This document shows positions 27,238 through 40,160 of a stretch of DNA of 64,000 nt, in pieces. Below the pieces are notes generated by a model. The model did not search any database and was not told the origin of the DNA. It was given only the letters and a program-made list of their open reading frames with translations. Every line of letters starts with the position of its first letter. Within the stretch, counting starts at the first letter, position 1. The stretch spans positions 32,054,001-32,118,000 of the forward strand of contig CM022671.1 of the NCBI GenBank assembly GCA_012295275.1, in the 5' to 3' direction. The translations under genes and the position numbers were made by a program. The stretch comes from Chrysomallon squamiferum. Lineage: Eukaryota; Animalia; Mollusca.

Positions 27238-27623
27238 GCAGCCTGGCTGAGCAGACGAGACTGTATAGTGACCGCAGACGTGGTGTGAACAGACGAAGCA
27301 GAAGGCGAAGTTACGAAGAACAGCCATTAATTTGACGTCTAACGGGCAAAATGTCTGGACTGTAGATTTCACGGGTGATCGGAGAACAGAACAAAGAAGG
27401 TAATTGGTTCTGAGGCGTCTAAGAGAAATACTGAATGTTCTATGATTAAGCAACCATCGACTAGGTGACGTAGTTTAGAAACATTGTGTTTCTGATTAGT
27501 AAGCATCAGGATCGAATCCCTGTAGTGCTATCTGTCATGAGGTAAATAGGAAAGTTTAAAACTATTACATCCTGTCCTCGCTCTAAAATACGGAGGAGCA
27601 AACTGCGATGAAGTTAGACTGGG

Positions 27624-27925
27624 TAAAGATGATTTATTAAACTGTGATAAGGGTCAGTTAAAAAATCCATGATAAAGATGAATTATTTAACTGTGATAAC
27701 GATGAAGTATTAAACTGTGATAAAGATTAATGATCAAACTTAATCAAGGTGAATTATTAAGCTACGATAAAGCTGAATTATTAAATTCTGATCAAGCAGT
27801 ATTATCTGATAAAGGTAAATAAATAAACTATGATAAAACCGAATTATTAACCAATGATAAAGGCCAATTATTTAACATTGATAAAAGTCAAACATTTTTC
27901 AGGGATAAAGATTAATGATTAAATT
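27624..27925. repeat. Degenerate ~22-24-bp tandem repeat (gataaagatgaattattaaactgt-like)
   Basis: Recurrent gataaa and gaattattaa motifs. Confidence 0.7.
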
Positions 27926-29055
27926 GAAATAAATACGATTGTAATATCAAACCTCTGATTTTTCTAATGCCAGACTTTGATTTTGTAATGGCTGTGAAAT
28001 AGAAAATTCGTGTTTGCCTCCAGTACGAATATTCTTTCCGATTAGCTGTTTTATATTTTTATATATTGGTTTAAGTAGGCAAATATCCCACTGGACATAT
28101 AATTTTGTCATTACTAATTAAACTGTATGAAACAGATCTAAGAAAACAATACCCTATCTGTGTCTATCACACACGCGCACACACGCACACACACACGTAA
28201 GTACACATACACATACAAGCACAGTCGTGCAAAACAATTTCTATCACTATTAAATAAAGTTTTATTTTATTTTATTATTTCTTTTTCATGGTTCCATCCA
28301 TTTATACACAGGTATTGTTTCTCTTTAAAACGAAATACATATAAAAAATGATCTTTCCGATTTCATATTTTCAACGATAACAAAAACCACAACAGCAGTA
28401 ATAATAATAACAATACAGTTTTGTTTGCAGGAATCTGTTTGTATAGATATATATGCACATTCGTATACACACGCGCACACTCACACACATCTTTCTTTTG
28501 AAGGACTGAAGCCAGGCAGTCAGTTCTATTCAGCGACCGCTTGCTTCCAGTTTATACACAGTGCATTACACTCTGAACTTTCTGAAACGAAGTGACACTG
28601 CGTATGAATACACTTCAGGCACATGATTACTGTACCAGAATTTTTGTTTGACTGACCAGTCCGCGACTATTGATTGACGCGTGGAAAACGAAATTAGTAT
28701 ATTAACTGATTAGTTAATTGTCTGATTAGTATCTCAGTTCTCTATGAGCGTATGAATACATTATCTAACGGCAGTGTATGCTACAATATAACAGTTACGT
28801 ATTTTAACTGTTAGCCTCGCCTTCTGTAGCCGAAGCGAGCGCAATGTAAGTGGCGAATGCGATTGTTCGCGGGTCTCGGGAATTCAATACTTCACATTTA
28901 AAGCGTCGTGTTAACTTAAGCGCTTGTAAATACGGCACGAATTGTCATAGTTAATATAACAAAATTATTAATCTTGTTGAAGCGATAGATAGCTAATGTG
29001 ATTCTTCGAAAAAAAAAAAAAAAAAAAAAAATGTCCGTACAGCAGTATAAAAGGA

Positions 29056-29126
<71 letters not shown>
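29056..29126. repeat. (AAT)n(GAT)n microsatellite
   Basis: Direct reading. Confidence 0.9.
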
Positions 29127-29128
<2 letters not shown>

Positions 29129-29712
29129 ATGGTAACAACAAAATAATTTTAAAGAGATTATATTGCGTCATACTGAGTAAAATATAATTAAATATAATTA
29201 CAGTAAACAAGTTGAACAACAACGAGAAGAAGAAAAAGAATAGAAAAAGAAGAAGAAGAAGAAAAAGAATAACAAAATAACCTTATTAAAGAGATATATG
29301 ATGTGATAATACAATTACAGGAAATAACAGCAGCAAGAATAACAACAATAATGATAATAAAATGATGATGATGATGATGATAATAACGATGATGATGAAC
29401 ATAAATCAGAATAAATATATCTCTGTATTTAATATATATATATATATTTTAGATTTACGGTAAATTGGATTTTAGTGGTTCATTTGTAAGGTCGAATGTT
29501 CAAGCCCCAAGCAGTGAGAAGTAAAAGAGGCCCTGTTTGGTAAATGTTGATAAAAATAATGCAGGTTAAGGACTTAACTGAGCTTTCCAGAGGCTTGTTT
29601 GTTTTATTACATATTCACTGGCCAAAGTCCACATAAAATAACCTTTTCAATTAAACATCAACTACATCATTTTCATTAATATCTTGTATACATACAGGAA
29701 CATCATCACAAC

Positions 29713-29745
<33 letters not shown>

Positions 29746-30304
29746 TTCAACAACAACAACAGTAGTAGTCGTGGTAGCAATTGTATTAGTAGGAGTTGTA
29801 GCGGTATATACAGTAGTTGTAGTAGTAACAGTAGTAGTAGCAATGATGGTACTTGTAGTATAATAAGAATAATAATAAATAGAAAATAACACCAAAAGCA
29901 AACAAACAAACAAACAAACAAAAAATAATAATAATAATTAAAAAAAAATTAAAAAATTAAAAAAAAGAAAGAAAGAAAGCAAGGAAATAATACGTATAGT
30001 TAGATAAGTAGGATATATTCCTATGTTCATATTAAATAATAATAATATATTTCAGAGAAGAAATGTTCATAAGATGAAAAGCAATTTCTTACGTTTTGAT
30101 TATTCTCACGCTCTCACATACACAGACTCCCAGACCTACGCATGCATACACGTACAAACACACACACACACACACAGACACTACACATTAAGCACTTGTC
30201 GAGCAGTATATGAACTGAATGCAGCTTTGAACAGCACAAATGACCAATACTGCATTATTTCTATGTATTAAACCACTGTTTGAGAATATGATTATATTCA
30301 TACT

Positions 30305-31045
30305 TCACTACTACAGCCACCACCACAACCACTACTACACAACTACAACAGCAACAACAAACAACTAATAGTAAGTTACTACAAAGTTACTATTAATAAT
30401 ACAATACCACTACACTTTTTTTTATTATAACTATTACTACAGCGCTATTGCTTTTGCTATTTCTGTTAATACTTCTTCATAACTATTATTATTGCTACTG
30501 TCACTACTATTACAACCACTGCTACTGCTACGACATTTATTACAACAACTTTTATTACTACTATTAATACTTCTGCTATTATTACCTCAGCAACTATTAT
30601 TAATATTATTCATACTACTATTTACAACTACGATTATTTTGCTATTATTATTATGATGACGTTAACAATTATCACCAGTCATTTCACCCAAAACACACAC
30701 ACAACCAAACATACACACACACACCCTCACAAACACATATGCACACACAACCAAACCACACAAATATTTGTGGGAGAACATGAGTACATCCCTTAAATCA
30801 GCTTATTAAATTATTATTACTATTTTTATTATTGCTGTTAATATCATTACTATTACTAATTCAGCAACTGTTTTTATTTTTCCTGCTACTATTAATAAAC
30901 TACTATTACTACCATTTTTACTACTGTTACTACTACTAATACAACTACTATAGTTTATTACCACTACTAACGTTAACATTACTCTGCTACTTGTACTACT
31001 ACTACTACTTCTACCACCATTTCTACTACTACTGTTATTACTGTC
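30305..31045. repeat. Degenerate (ACT/ATT)n low-complexity region upstream of the AUTS2-like promoter
   Basis: Direct reading. It is interrupted by a CA-rich segment at ~30690-30760. Confidence 0.75.
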
Positions 31046-31604
31046 AGATGATGCAATCCGCTGTTTTATCTTTAACATATGCATGATATTTGAATTGATA
31101 CACGACAATATCAACCCAGTCTTTTCCCCATCTTCACCTCGGCGTATCCCACATGCCTGTGCGCGAAATGTTACACGTACTTATTTCAACACAAGCTGTT
31201 AGGATAATATTACTAAATGCGTACAGCAGAATAAAATGACACTGTGGTTTATTTAATGCTGCAATAAAGTTATTGATTTTATTTAAATACCCTTTGAAAT
31301 ATATCCTTGTTAAAGAATTAAATCGCTCAAATGACAGGTAATCAACTATTAACTGATTTATGATATTTTTGGAAGTTTCTTCAAAATTTGTTTAAAAATG
31401 GAAAAGGATAAAACTATCTTTCTCATGAGTTTATTAAGTAATAAAATTAAATAAACAACGTTTGAAATTTTATCGGAATTTTATTGTTCGGGATGTTTTG
31501 CCCTCCACGCAGCGGTAAACGTTGAGTTGAAATAAATATCAAAATGACTTAATAAATGTATCGGTAATAATTATCAAACCATATGAATTAATAAAGGATG
31601 GTTA

Positions 31605-31911
31605 TTGTAACTGCCTTGGCAACGAGGTAAAAAAAAAAAAAAAAAAAAAAAGTCTTTTGATTGCACTATATCGAGCAAGTGCCCAGCGGAAGGACACAGC
31701 TATGCCACTCAGCGTTGTGCGGCCATATTGTATCCGCCATTTGAACAATCGTGCTTGCTGTTTGGGTTTAGGTGCTTTGATTTTAACCGGATTTTTACAT
31801 AGATTCTGAGTTGCTGGACCACTTGGAGTACCCACGGGGCCGGCACAAACCTTGTAGCCCTCGATGTGGCTAAATTCTTGGTGACTTGGCTCCAGCTGAA
31901 GTGAAAATTCG
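31605..31911 (+). promoter_or_regulatory. Promoter / 5'UTR of the AUTS2-like gene
   Basis: GC- and CpG-rich. Contains an RFX X-box-like ACTGCCTTGGCAAC (31610-31623), a poly-A tract, an ETS core CGGAAG (~31686) and tandem YY1-like GGCCATATTG / CCGCCATTTG (31721-31743). A short uORF lies at 31864-31884. Confidence 0.65.
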
Positions 31912-32160
31912 ATGGAGACCGATACCAAACCGAATCGCAATCAGCGAAATCGACGCCGCGAGAGAGCTCATCAGCTGCATGATAAACAGAACGAAGTGGA
32001 AGAGAGTGCGGACGAATGTGACGAATCCCCTCCCAGGACAAGTAAGGACAAGGGGAGGGGGAAGCACAGGAGGAGACGAAACAGCTCTTCAAATTCATTT
32101 GAAGAAGATATTATAGATGGGTTCGCGATTGTCAGCTTCCGGACCATCGAGGAATTGGAG
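31912..32160 (+). CDS. AUTS2: AUTS2 / fibrosin-like (FBRSL1, Drosophila tay) family protein, first coding exon (83 codons)
   Basis: Translation ends ...[33 protein letters not shown], matching the remembered human AUTS2 [30 protein letters not shown]. The N-terminus is basic (RNQRNRRRER). A consensus donor GAG|GTGAGT follows at 32161, phase 0. Confidence 0.93.
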
Positions 32161-33767
32161 GTGAGTGATTGACTTAGATTTGTGCACGCAGGGCCCCCCA
32201 GATCAAACAAAGACCATACTCTTACTCACATTGGTACTCGTAATATAATATTTTTAAATTACTCCCTTAAGTATGGTCAAATTTTTCACCGGGTCCAGGA
32301 AATTAAGGAAATACAGAGAGAGCAGGATTAATCATTATACAAGGGGCACCTGCTTGTCCTAACCATTGTGTACAAAACTCTCATTTAGGAATGTTATGAA
32401 CTGGTTGTGAAGTAGTCAGCCACCAAGTGCTTTTAAAATTACTGTATGTGAACAACTCATTTATGCTCTGTAAATATCAGTTATTTATAACCCTTCATAC
32501 AAAATAACCATTTACAAGAATTTTTTAATACTTACAGTACAAATTTAAAAAAGTAAAAAAAGTAAGTAATGTTAATAAAGATAAAATAACAATCAAACAG
32601 TGATTCTTAAAATGGATAAATATTTTAGAAATACTGCCCGTGCCCTCAGTATTTATAATTAATGTCATTCTAATCTGTAATTTATCAAGTGATAACTATG
32701 CTTTTTGTTGCATTTAACATAAATACTCCACCCCTCAAAAAGCTGTATTAAAATTATGATATATAAAAATTAAAGTAATGCAGGACTGCTTATGAAATTA
32801 CTGCACCTGTCAACTGGTAAAATACGAGTTCGTCAATACCATAAAGAGTAATTACTTTCACTTCACAATTTTATCCAAAATAACAGATTTATTCTTGTTT
32901 AAAAATAAACACTTCAGCTTTCAATTATCTTCATGTGTACTTCATGTATACTTGTGAGTCCAGGCTTAATATATGTTTGCCTGACTCAATACTGGGTTTG
33001 TTAGTGAATTAATAAATTAGATAAAAATCAGTGTTAGTGATTTAACAATACATCCCAGCTGTGAGGAATCCACAGATTGCTGTGTAGTGTTTTTTGTATT
33101 TGTATCTGTTTCAGAGATCATTTAACCAGCAAAATGTTCACATCTCTTAGTTGTTAAACTTTCTAACTACTAAAGGATTAAAAAAACAAAAAAAAAAAAC
33201 AATTCAACATTTCAGGCAGGAATATTTTATTTTCATTCCTCGTATACTTAATAACAACTGATAAAAATTATTTAGAAATAAGTCATAACAGCTAATGTAC
33301 ATTTTCCCATTACTGTTCTCATCGATCACCATTATGGAAGGTAAATAAAGAGGTTGTAAAATAGCACACCAAATATTCATTACGTATGAATGAAAAAAGA
33401 TAATGCTAAATCTTTAATACTTTTTAATATAATAGAAACTGCCTGATTGTAATCAGTGGCAACTCTATCAAACTCTAACACTAACATTTGCTTCATGAGA
33501 GAATTATCTACATCTTAACTCTGGGTTGGAGCAAGGGGCGATCCCATTACCTGGCAGACTTTGTCTTTCTTGCTTATAAATGTATCAGATGAACCAATTA
33601 AAACCACCAAATGCAGACAAGAGATTTTTCACAACTGGTTGGCTGATGTGTCTTTTGTGGCCAGATGTAGTATGTAACTTAAGCTGAGTATATACACCTG
33701 TGAAGTGCATTTTGTTTGTCTGTTGTTCTTTTTCAAAGTGAAAAGAATGAAAATAGATGATTTGATT

Positions 33768-33803
<36 letters not shown>

Positions 33804-35334
33804 AGTAATAGAGACATATAGTAATGGTGGTTTTTGTTTTTGTTTTTTGTGTGGGTGTGTATTTGTTTCTTGCTATCTGTGAATATAATAACATTCCAAT
33901 AATATCTATAACTTATCTAATTGAAATGCTGTTCTCATCTCTCAGTGTCACCCACAAACATTGTTTTCTTTTTTGTTAGCTGAGTTCATGTTCTGTTTGA
34001 TATAAACTATTGTATAAGTTAATTCATCCAATTTTTTTATTGGTAATATAACTAAAAACTTTGATAAATAGATTTACATTTTTATTACTGAGTGTCTTTA
34101 TGATAGTAACAGTTTATTAAAACAGTTAATATATATTAAAAATATTTCCTCTTTAATTATTGACGTACATTAACGATATTAAAATTAATAATATAATTAA
34201 GTAAAAAAAAAAAAAAAAAATGCACTGAGATAAGGAATGGTAACAAACTAAAGCCACAACCACAAACCTTAAAAAAAAAAAAAAAAAAAAAGAGATGAAG
34301 CTGGCTAAGAAATTAATCTAAGCATAAATACTAGTTCTCTTCCTGGATTTTATCTTTGTGTTTTTCAAATATGTGTGTAATGTGTTAAACCTCATTGTTG
34401 GTGATAATTATCTCTGCTGTTGTTAATTACTGTACAAGTGAAATTGCTTATCTCAGTTTATGCATTTTGTTTCTGTGTTGTATTATTTGTTTTTATTATT
34501 TTTATTATCATTTCATAAGTTTCTTTTTCTTTCCTCATATTTTTTTGTAATGACAGTGTATTGTATTTCAAACCAGTCCATGTTTAATGTCATATATTTG
34601 ATTCACCTCTTCATTATCAAGAAATCTGACATTATTAACATGACAAATCTTGTGTCAAACAAAAGACCCCCTCTCAGAACATTATTTGCTAGCTTTCCAC
34701 TATCAGATCTGTACCTTTAACACTCATTTCTGAAGAAATGTAAGAATACTGGTATGGTCACTGGTTTTCATTTCAACCAGTGTCGTGAGATATTTTTTCG
34801 AATTACGTGATGTGTATCTTTTAACCTGTGTATTGGAAGGGGCATTATAATTGATGGCTGACTGCTAAGCAGTGATAAGCCCATAGAATGTAATCAGTGA
34901 ATTTTCATTTGATCATTATACAAATAAACAAATGCTATTAATACCACATAAAATATTAATATTAAGATGTGTGCCATTGGCAGAACAATTCAAATCAAAG
35001 TTTCCAGAGTAATTTTAGAATGGGTGTAGTATATTTTCTTCACACCTCATTGACCTAGAAAGTTCAAGAGGGGAATGTTGAACTATTAAATTACTGTTTA
35101 ATTATGGCTATGGAAGAATCAGTGTTAGAATTGGAAAAAAAACTAACAACATGTTGTGTCACTCTAGATAATTTATAAGGCAGCACTGAACTGTTATTGC
35201 TAGAAATGTTATTAATCTCTTGTTAGTATATATCTGACAGTAACTTATGAATAATTATTTAATGAGACCTTAACATTTAAAATCAATGATTATAGGGTGT
35301 CAGGTGTCTAGTTTTTGTGTAATGATTCATGTAA

Positions 35335-35460
35335 TACATACAACACATTACTACCATTCAGTGGACTAGCAGCAAGGGATCTTTTTTCTTGGAGTTTTCA
35401 CATATCACAGCCTTTGGTAATTAACTTGTAACTGCACTGGCTGGAATTGGAAATACCAGA
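35335..35460 (-). mobile_element. Degenerate SINE-like repeat fragment
   Basis: tagcagcaagggatctttt ... cacagcctttggtaa ... gcactggctggaattggaaata is a reverse-complement relative of 23100-23210. Confidence 0.6.
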
Positions 35461-38400
35461 AAGTGATGTTAAAAAAATGTTGGTAAATAAAATCCTGTTT
35501 CCTGCAAATTACTGTTATACTTACAGTGGTTGTATAGATAATGAGAAAATAATTTTGTTAGCGTGAAGCAGGTTTCAGTATGCTTATCACTTTAAAGATT
35601 GCATTACTGTTAATGTGCTAGGGAAAGAAAGAAAAGGAAAAACCTGAATCTCCCAAAACATAGAAAGGGGGAAAGAAGAAATTAACAGCTAACAATAAAA
35701 ACCAATAAGCAAAATAATAATTGCTTTGTGAGGTAATACATTTTTTTCTTCTTTTTTTTTTACATGAAAAAATGTGAATGGATGATGAATGAATAATGTA
35801 AAATATGTGTATATTGAATAGCTGTGATGATTTCACTAAGACAACCTGTAACAGAACGACTGTAGAGGTGTCCATAATCTTATGATTTATGTACAAGTTA
35901 TGCAGAAAGCTTTTGTGCATTAGCCATTAAATCCAACTCGTATACTGTTTAAAAAGGTTGACACTGAAATTTACTTCTTGTTATTTTATGAAACAATGGC
36001 TGGCATTTTGTCCTATTACAGTCTTGGAAAAACGCCTCCTCGGTTATAAAAAAATAGTTGTTTATGGTACAGATAACACCTTGAAGGCAATAAATGCACG
36101 AAAAGTGTCTGTAAAAACGTCTTGTTGGACTGGTTCTCTTTGGGTTAGTAACTGAAAGAAAATACTGTAAACAAAATCATTGTTGAAACAGTTTGTTGTA
36201 GTGAAAAGTATTGAAATGGTATTTACTTGTGAACACACAAACAGACAGACATACTGACATGTATACACATATACACATAACATTCAATACAAATATAAGC
36301 ATAGTTTATTTATTATTATTATTATTATTTTTTTAGATGCATAATATTTTAGGACCCAGAATTATACAGTTTTTCAAAATGGGTTTGTCATAGTTTGTTG
36401 TACATGACACAAGTGATAAGTATTTATTTAACAGAACATTTGTATATTTTATCAATGACTGAACACTTCAGTATATTTTTTAAATAATGGTTGTTAGATG
36501 TTAAACATACACTTTTGTGTTGATAGCTTTGAAAGCACACCTGCTGCCATGACAAAATGGGTTGTTCCCACAGCAGTTGGCTCTTGTATGTGCCTTGCAA
36601 TAGGCAGGAAAATACATAACACAATGAATAACAAATGCCAGTATTTATATAACTCAGGTAGCTAATATTTTATAATAAACTGCAGGTTGTTGTCATTATT
36701 TTGTTATTGGTATAGAGCTTATACAAAATGAAAAAATAATTAATTACATCTTGACTTGAAATACTCCTTGCCTTTTTTTGAATCTGACAAAGATAAATGT
36801 GAAAATGAATCGCTGATCAATATCGATATAAATCTATAAGTATTTTTATACAGTGATTAATAATAATATACTTGTAACAAAAGCCTTTTGTGTAGCAAAT
36901 GATAACTGAATTTAAAAAAAAGTGTAAAAAAAAATAAAAAAAAAATAAAATAAAATAAAAAGGCTTGACAAAGAAAAGAAAAATGTGCAACGTCCTGATA
37001 GCAATGACCACTTGAAGTCAGCGTAAGAGTCAGGATGTCATTATATCCAATAACAGTGGATGCAGTTGTTCCTGGTTATTCTTTACATAACAATTGTGAC
37101 CCATTGGCTTTTCAGTGCAGCCATGCATTACTGGCCATGCTGTAATGACTGCGATGCCTTGCTTTGTTGTCCAGTTCAATCGATTGTGTCAGAAAGTTAA
37201 TCCCAGGCCAGCTAATCAAACCTTATTGTACAATCGTGTTACCACTGTTATTGCTCCACCTCAGAGACAGGGTTGCATGAGCAGTGAATAAAAGCATCTT
37301 CACTGTAGTTCTCTGTGTTGACTTGCGTGCAGTTGTAGGCCTCTTTCCCTGTTTATGTTACAAGTGTTCTGTTTGGATGAGGCTTAATTAGTTCCTGAAT
37401 GCAGTCTTCCTCCTGCCTGTTTACATACAAGTGCTGATTGTTAGTCTGCGTCACTTCGCATACTGCCGCGAAGCTATGTCTTCTCCGATAAAAGCTTTTT
37501 TTCTTCATAACCAGTTGTTGATATATAATGTAATGGTTTTCAGAAAAATGACATACAGAGGAAAAAAATGTAAATTATGTTCTGAAAACAAATATTTGAT
37601 AGACGGGATTTCAAATTACAGCATATTAATTTATTTTATTGGTAGAATTATTGGTGTAAACGTGAATGAGAAATTTATTAAATTCTACTTAAAACTGTTA
37701 ATGTTATTTTCAGAATAATTATTTCATGATTTTAGTTTTAATACTTTTATAGCCATTGACAGAACCAGTGCACCAGCATCAGTATTTTTGTTATTACATT
37801 AAGAAAAGGGGTTGAAAAAAAAATTCAAATAACATCATCTCTTAAATTACCACTTGTAATGGTGGGATCAGGCATTCTCTAGCCTTGCTACACATTACTG
37901 TGATCATTTGACTCACCAGTGTGGTCAGAAAATAGCTAGAGTGAGTGTTTGCATTCAGGGAATTTGCTGTAATGGGGCCTCACTTGGTTTTGTTGATATT
38001 AGCAATTTTAATATTTTAGGCCATTAGCTGAAATAAAAGCCTCAGAATCATACTGAATAAACATTCAAATACATAGAATAAAGTGTATGAGACAGTCCTG
38101 GAAAAACATTTTTTTAAATTTCTATTGTTGGATGATTAATGTGTGTTTATATAGGTGAGTATAGGTCTGCACATAGTGAAGATTGATAGGTGTAACATAT
38201 TTATAGTATTTTTATACATGTCAAAATTATGAATAATCTCCACTGATTGATGACTTCTAACTTGTAAAATGTCATCATATATTCATTTCTGACATGTATT
38301 AATATTTTTTCTCTGTTTATCTACTGAAATAGATTGTTGAGATAAAAGGAAATTTATTATCTTTATTTAATGTAGTAATAACCAGGACAATAATAATAAC

Positions 38401-40059
38401 AATAATGTGATTTTTATCACTGTATCATACATATGTATTTTCTTAACAGGAATATATATGCTAGGCATGAAGTGATCTTTAATAATCACCAGACTGGAGT
38501 AGTGTTGTTGCTATATCAACTGCCACTGTAATGAAAGCTGAAATCACAAATTTAATATAATTGCATTTCAGAAGTAAATATTCCTCAGATCCAATAAAAT
38601 ATATGTGTATATAGTCAAATAAAATAAAATAAAATAAAATATAATGTTTTTTATATAAGATTTCTGCTATTATTTTGTACATCCTTTCCCTTACTATAAA
38701 ATAAGACCAGAGGATTTATTCTGTTTGCTTCCGACTATACATTTTTGTGTTAAGAAATTGATTCTCCGAGTGTGAAGTTGCTTGCAGTATTTTACTATGA
38801 AACTGAATTACTTGCAGTGCCAGTGACATTAAATTAACTTTGATTCATCAGCAGGCAATCTTCCTATCTGGAGACAATTTTCTTTATGTTACAGAATATC
38901 TACTAAATGTATGTAATGGATAAATTAATGACTCTATATCTAAAAAGGAAATTCTGAATTAATTCCACTTTCCAAAAATTTGCTTTTACTTGTTAATATT
39001 GCTTTTTCCAGTTCTTTTTTAAACTTGAGCTCTGTGTGTCTCTGATACTTTTTATCAAATGGATTTTTGTTGTTCACGTTTTGGATATGTTCTGATATAC
39101 TATTAGTAAAATAATCAGTGTTATTTTTATAGAGGTTTAGATCAGTAACCTGTAATGTATAGCCCTCTTGCAGACCATAATTGTGAAAAGTCATTTATGT
39201 AGGGTATAAAATGTGGAATAATTAATTTTTTAAAAAGCAGTATTTCTTTATTTGCACAATAACTTTAGTGCTTTAGAGAAACTGAAACCCAGTGACAGAC
39301 AGTAATGCAAAAGATTTTTTAATTTTTTTATATTTTTAATTGTTTGAATACAAGCAAAAATAACACTAATAGGAGAAGAAAAAAAAGGAGCTAAATAAAA
39401 ATAAAAATTATGTAGCTTAGCAGAAAAAATTGTTAAATCAGGTTTCTTGGTGCATCTTCAGCCTAATAATTAATGTTCATAAAAATTTCATTATACATAA
39501 ATAACAATTCTCCCCAAAATAACAACAGTATAAATGTCACAGGAAAAAAAAATTCTTGCAATTTCCACAGTTACCTGCTAATGATGATGGGATAAAAATA
39601 AGAATGAATCTGAAAGGATGAATTTTGTACATTTGGTTGTGAATTAATGGAAGCAGGTGTTGCAAAAACAGATTATAATTAGAGGTAACAATGGGGTCAG
39701 AATTTATAACATGCTGATCAATTTTCCTTTGATCCTTGCAATATCAGGTTGCAATGCAATCATTTATGCTTTTGATCTTTGTTAATATTTTATTTTAGGT
39801 TGTAATACAATTCAGTGAGATCGGTTATTAGTACTGCATGTACCTGAACTTTTCCAAATAGTTTCACCATTAGAAAAAGAGGGAAGAATGCACAAAAAAA
39901 AAAAAAAAAAATAATAATAATAATTGTAGTCAGTAAAGTGTTGATTTTAAAGTTTACATTCCATTAATGTATATTTCTTAAACTCCTTTCATTGTTGTGA
40001 TAGCAGTATTAGGTTTTAGTATAATTTTAATTTTTTCCAAAGTAAGTTAAAGACAAAAT

Positions 40060-40160
40060 TTCCAGCAGTAGTGGCTGGAATTGGAAATAACCACGTACGT
40101 ACTGTGAAGAGAAGAGATCCTATGATCCTGTTATTGAGCTATACTTGCTACTGAGGTGGA
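40060..40160 (-). mobile_element. SINE-like repeat fragment
   Basis: TGGCTGGAATTGGAAATA at 40072-40089 is identical to 35438-35455. Confidence 0.45.

Noticed and set aside
31602-32210. Overlapping alternative-frame and antisense ORFs around the AUTS2 exon
   Set aside because: They are by-products of GC-rich promoter and exon sequence. Only the 31912 frame carries the family motif and a donor.
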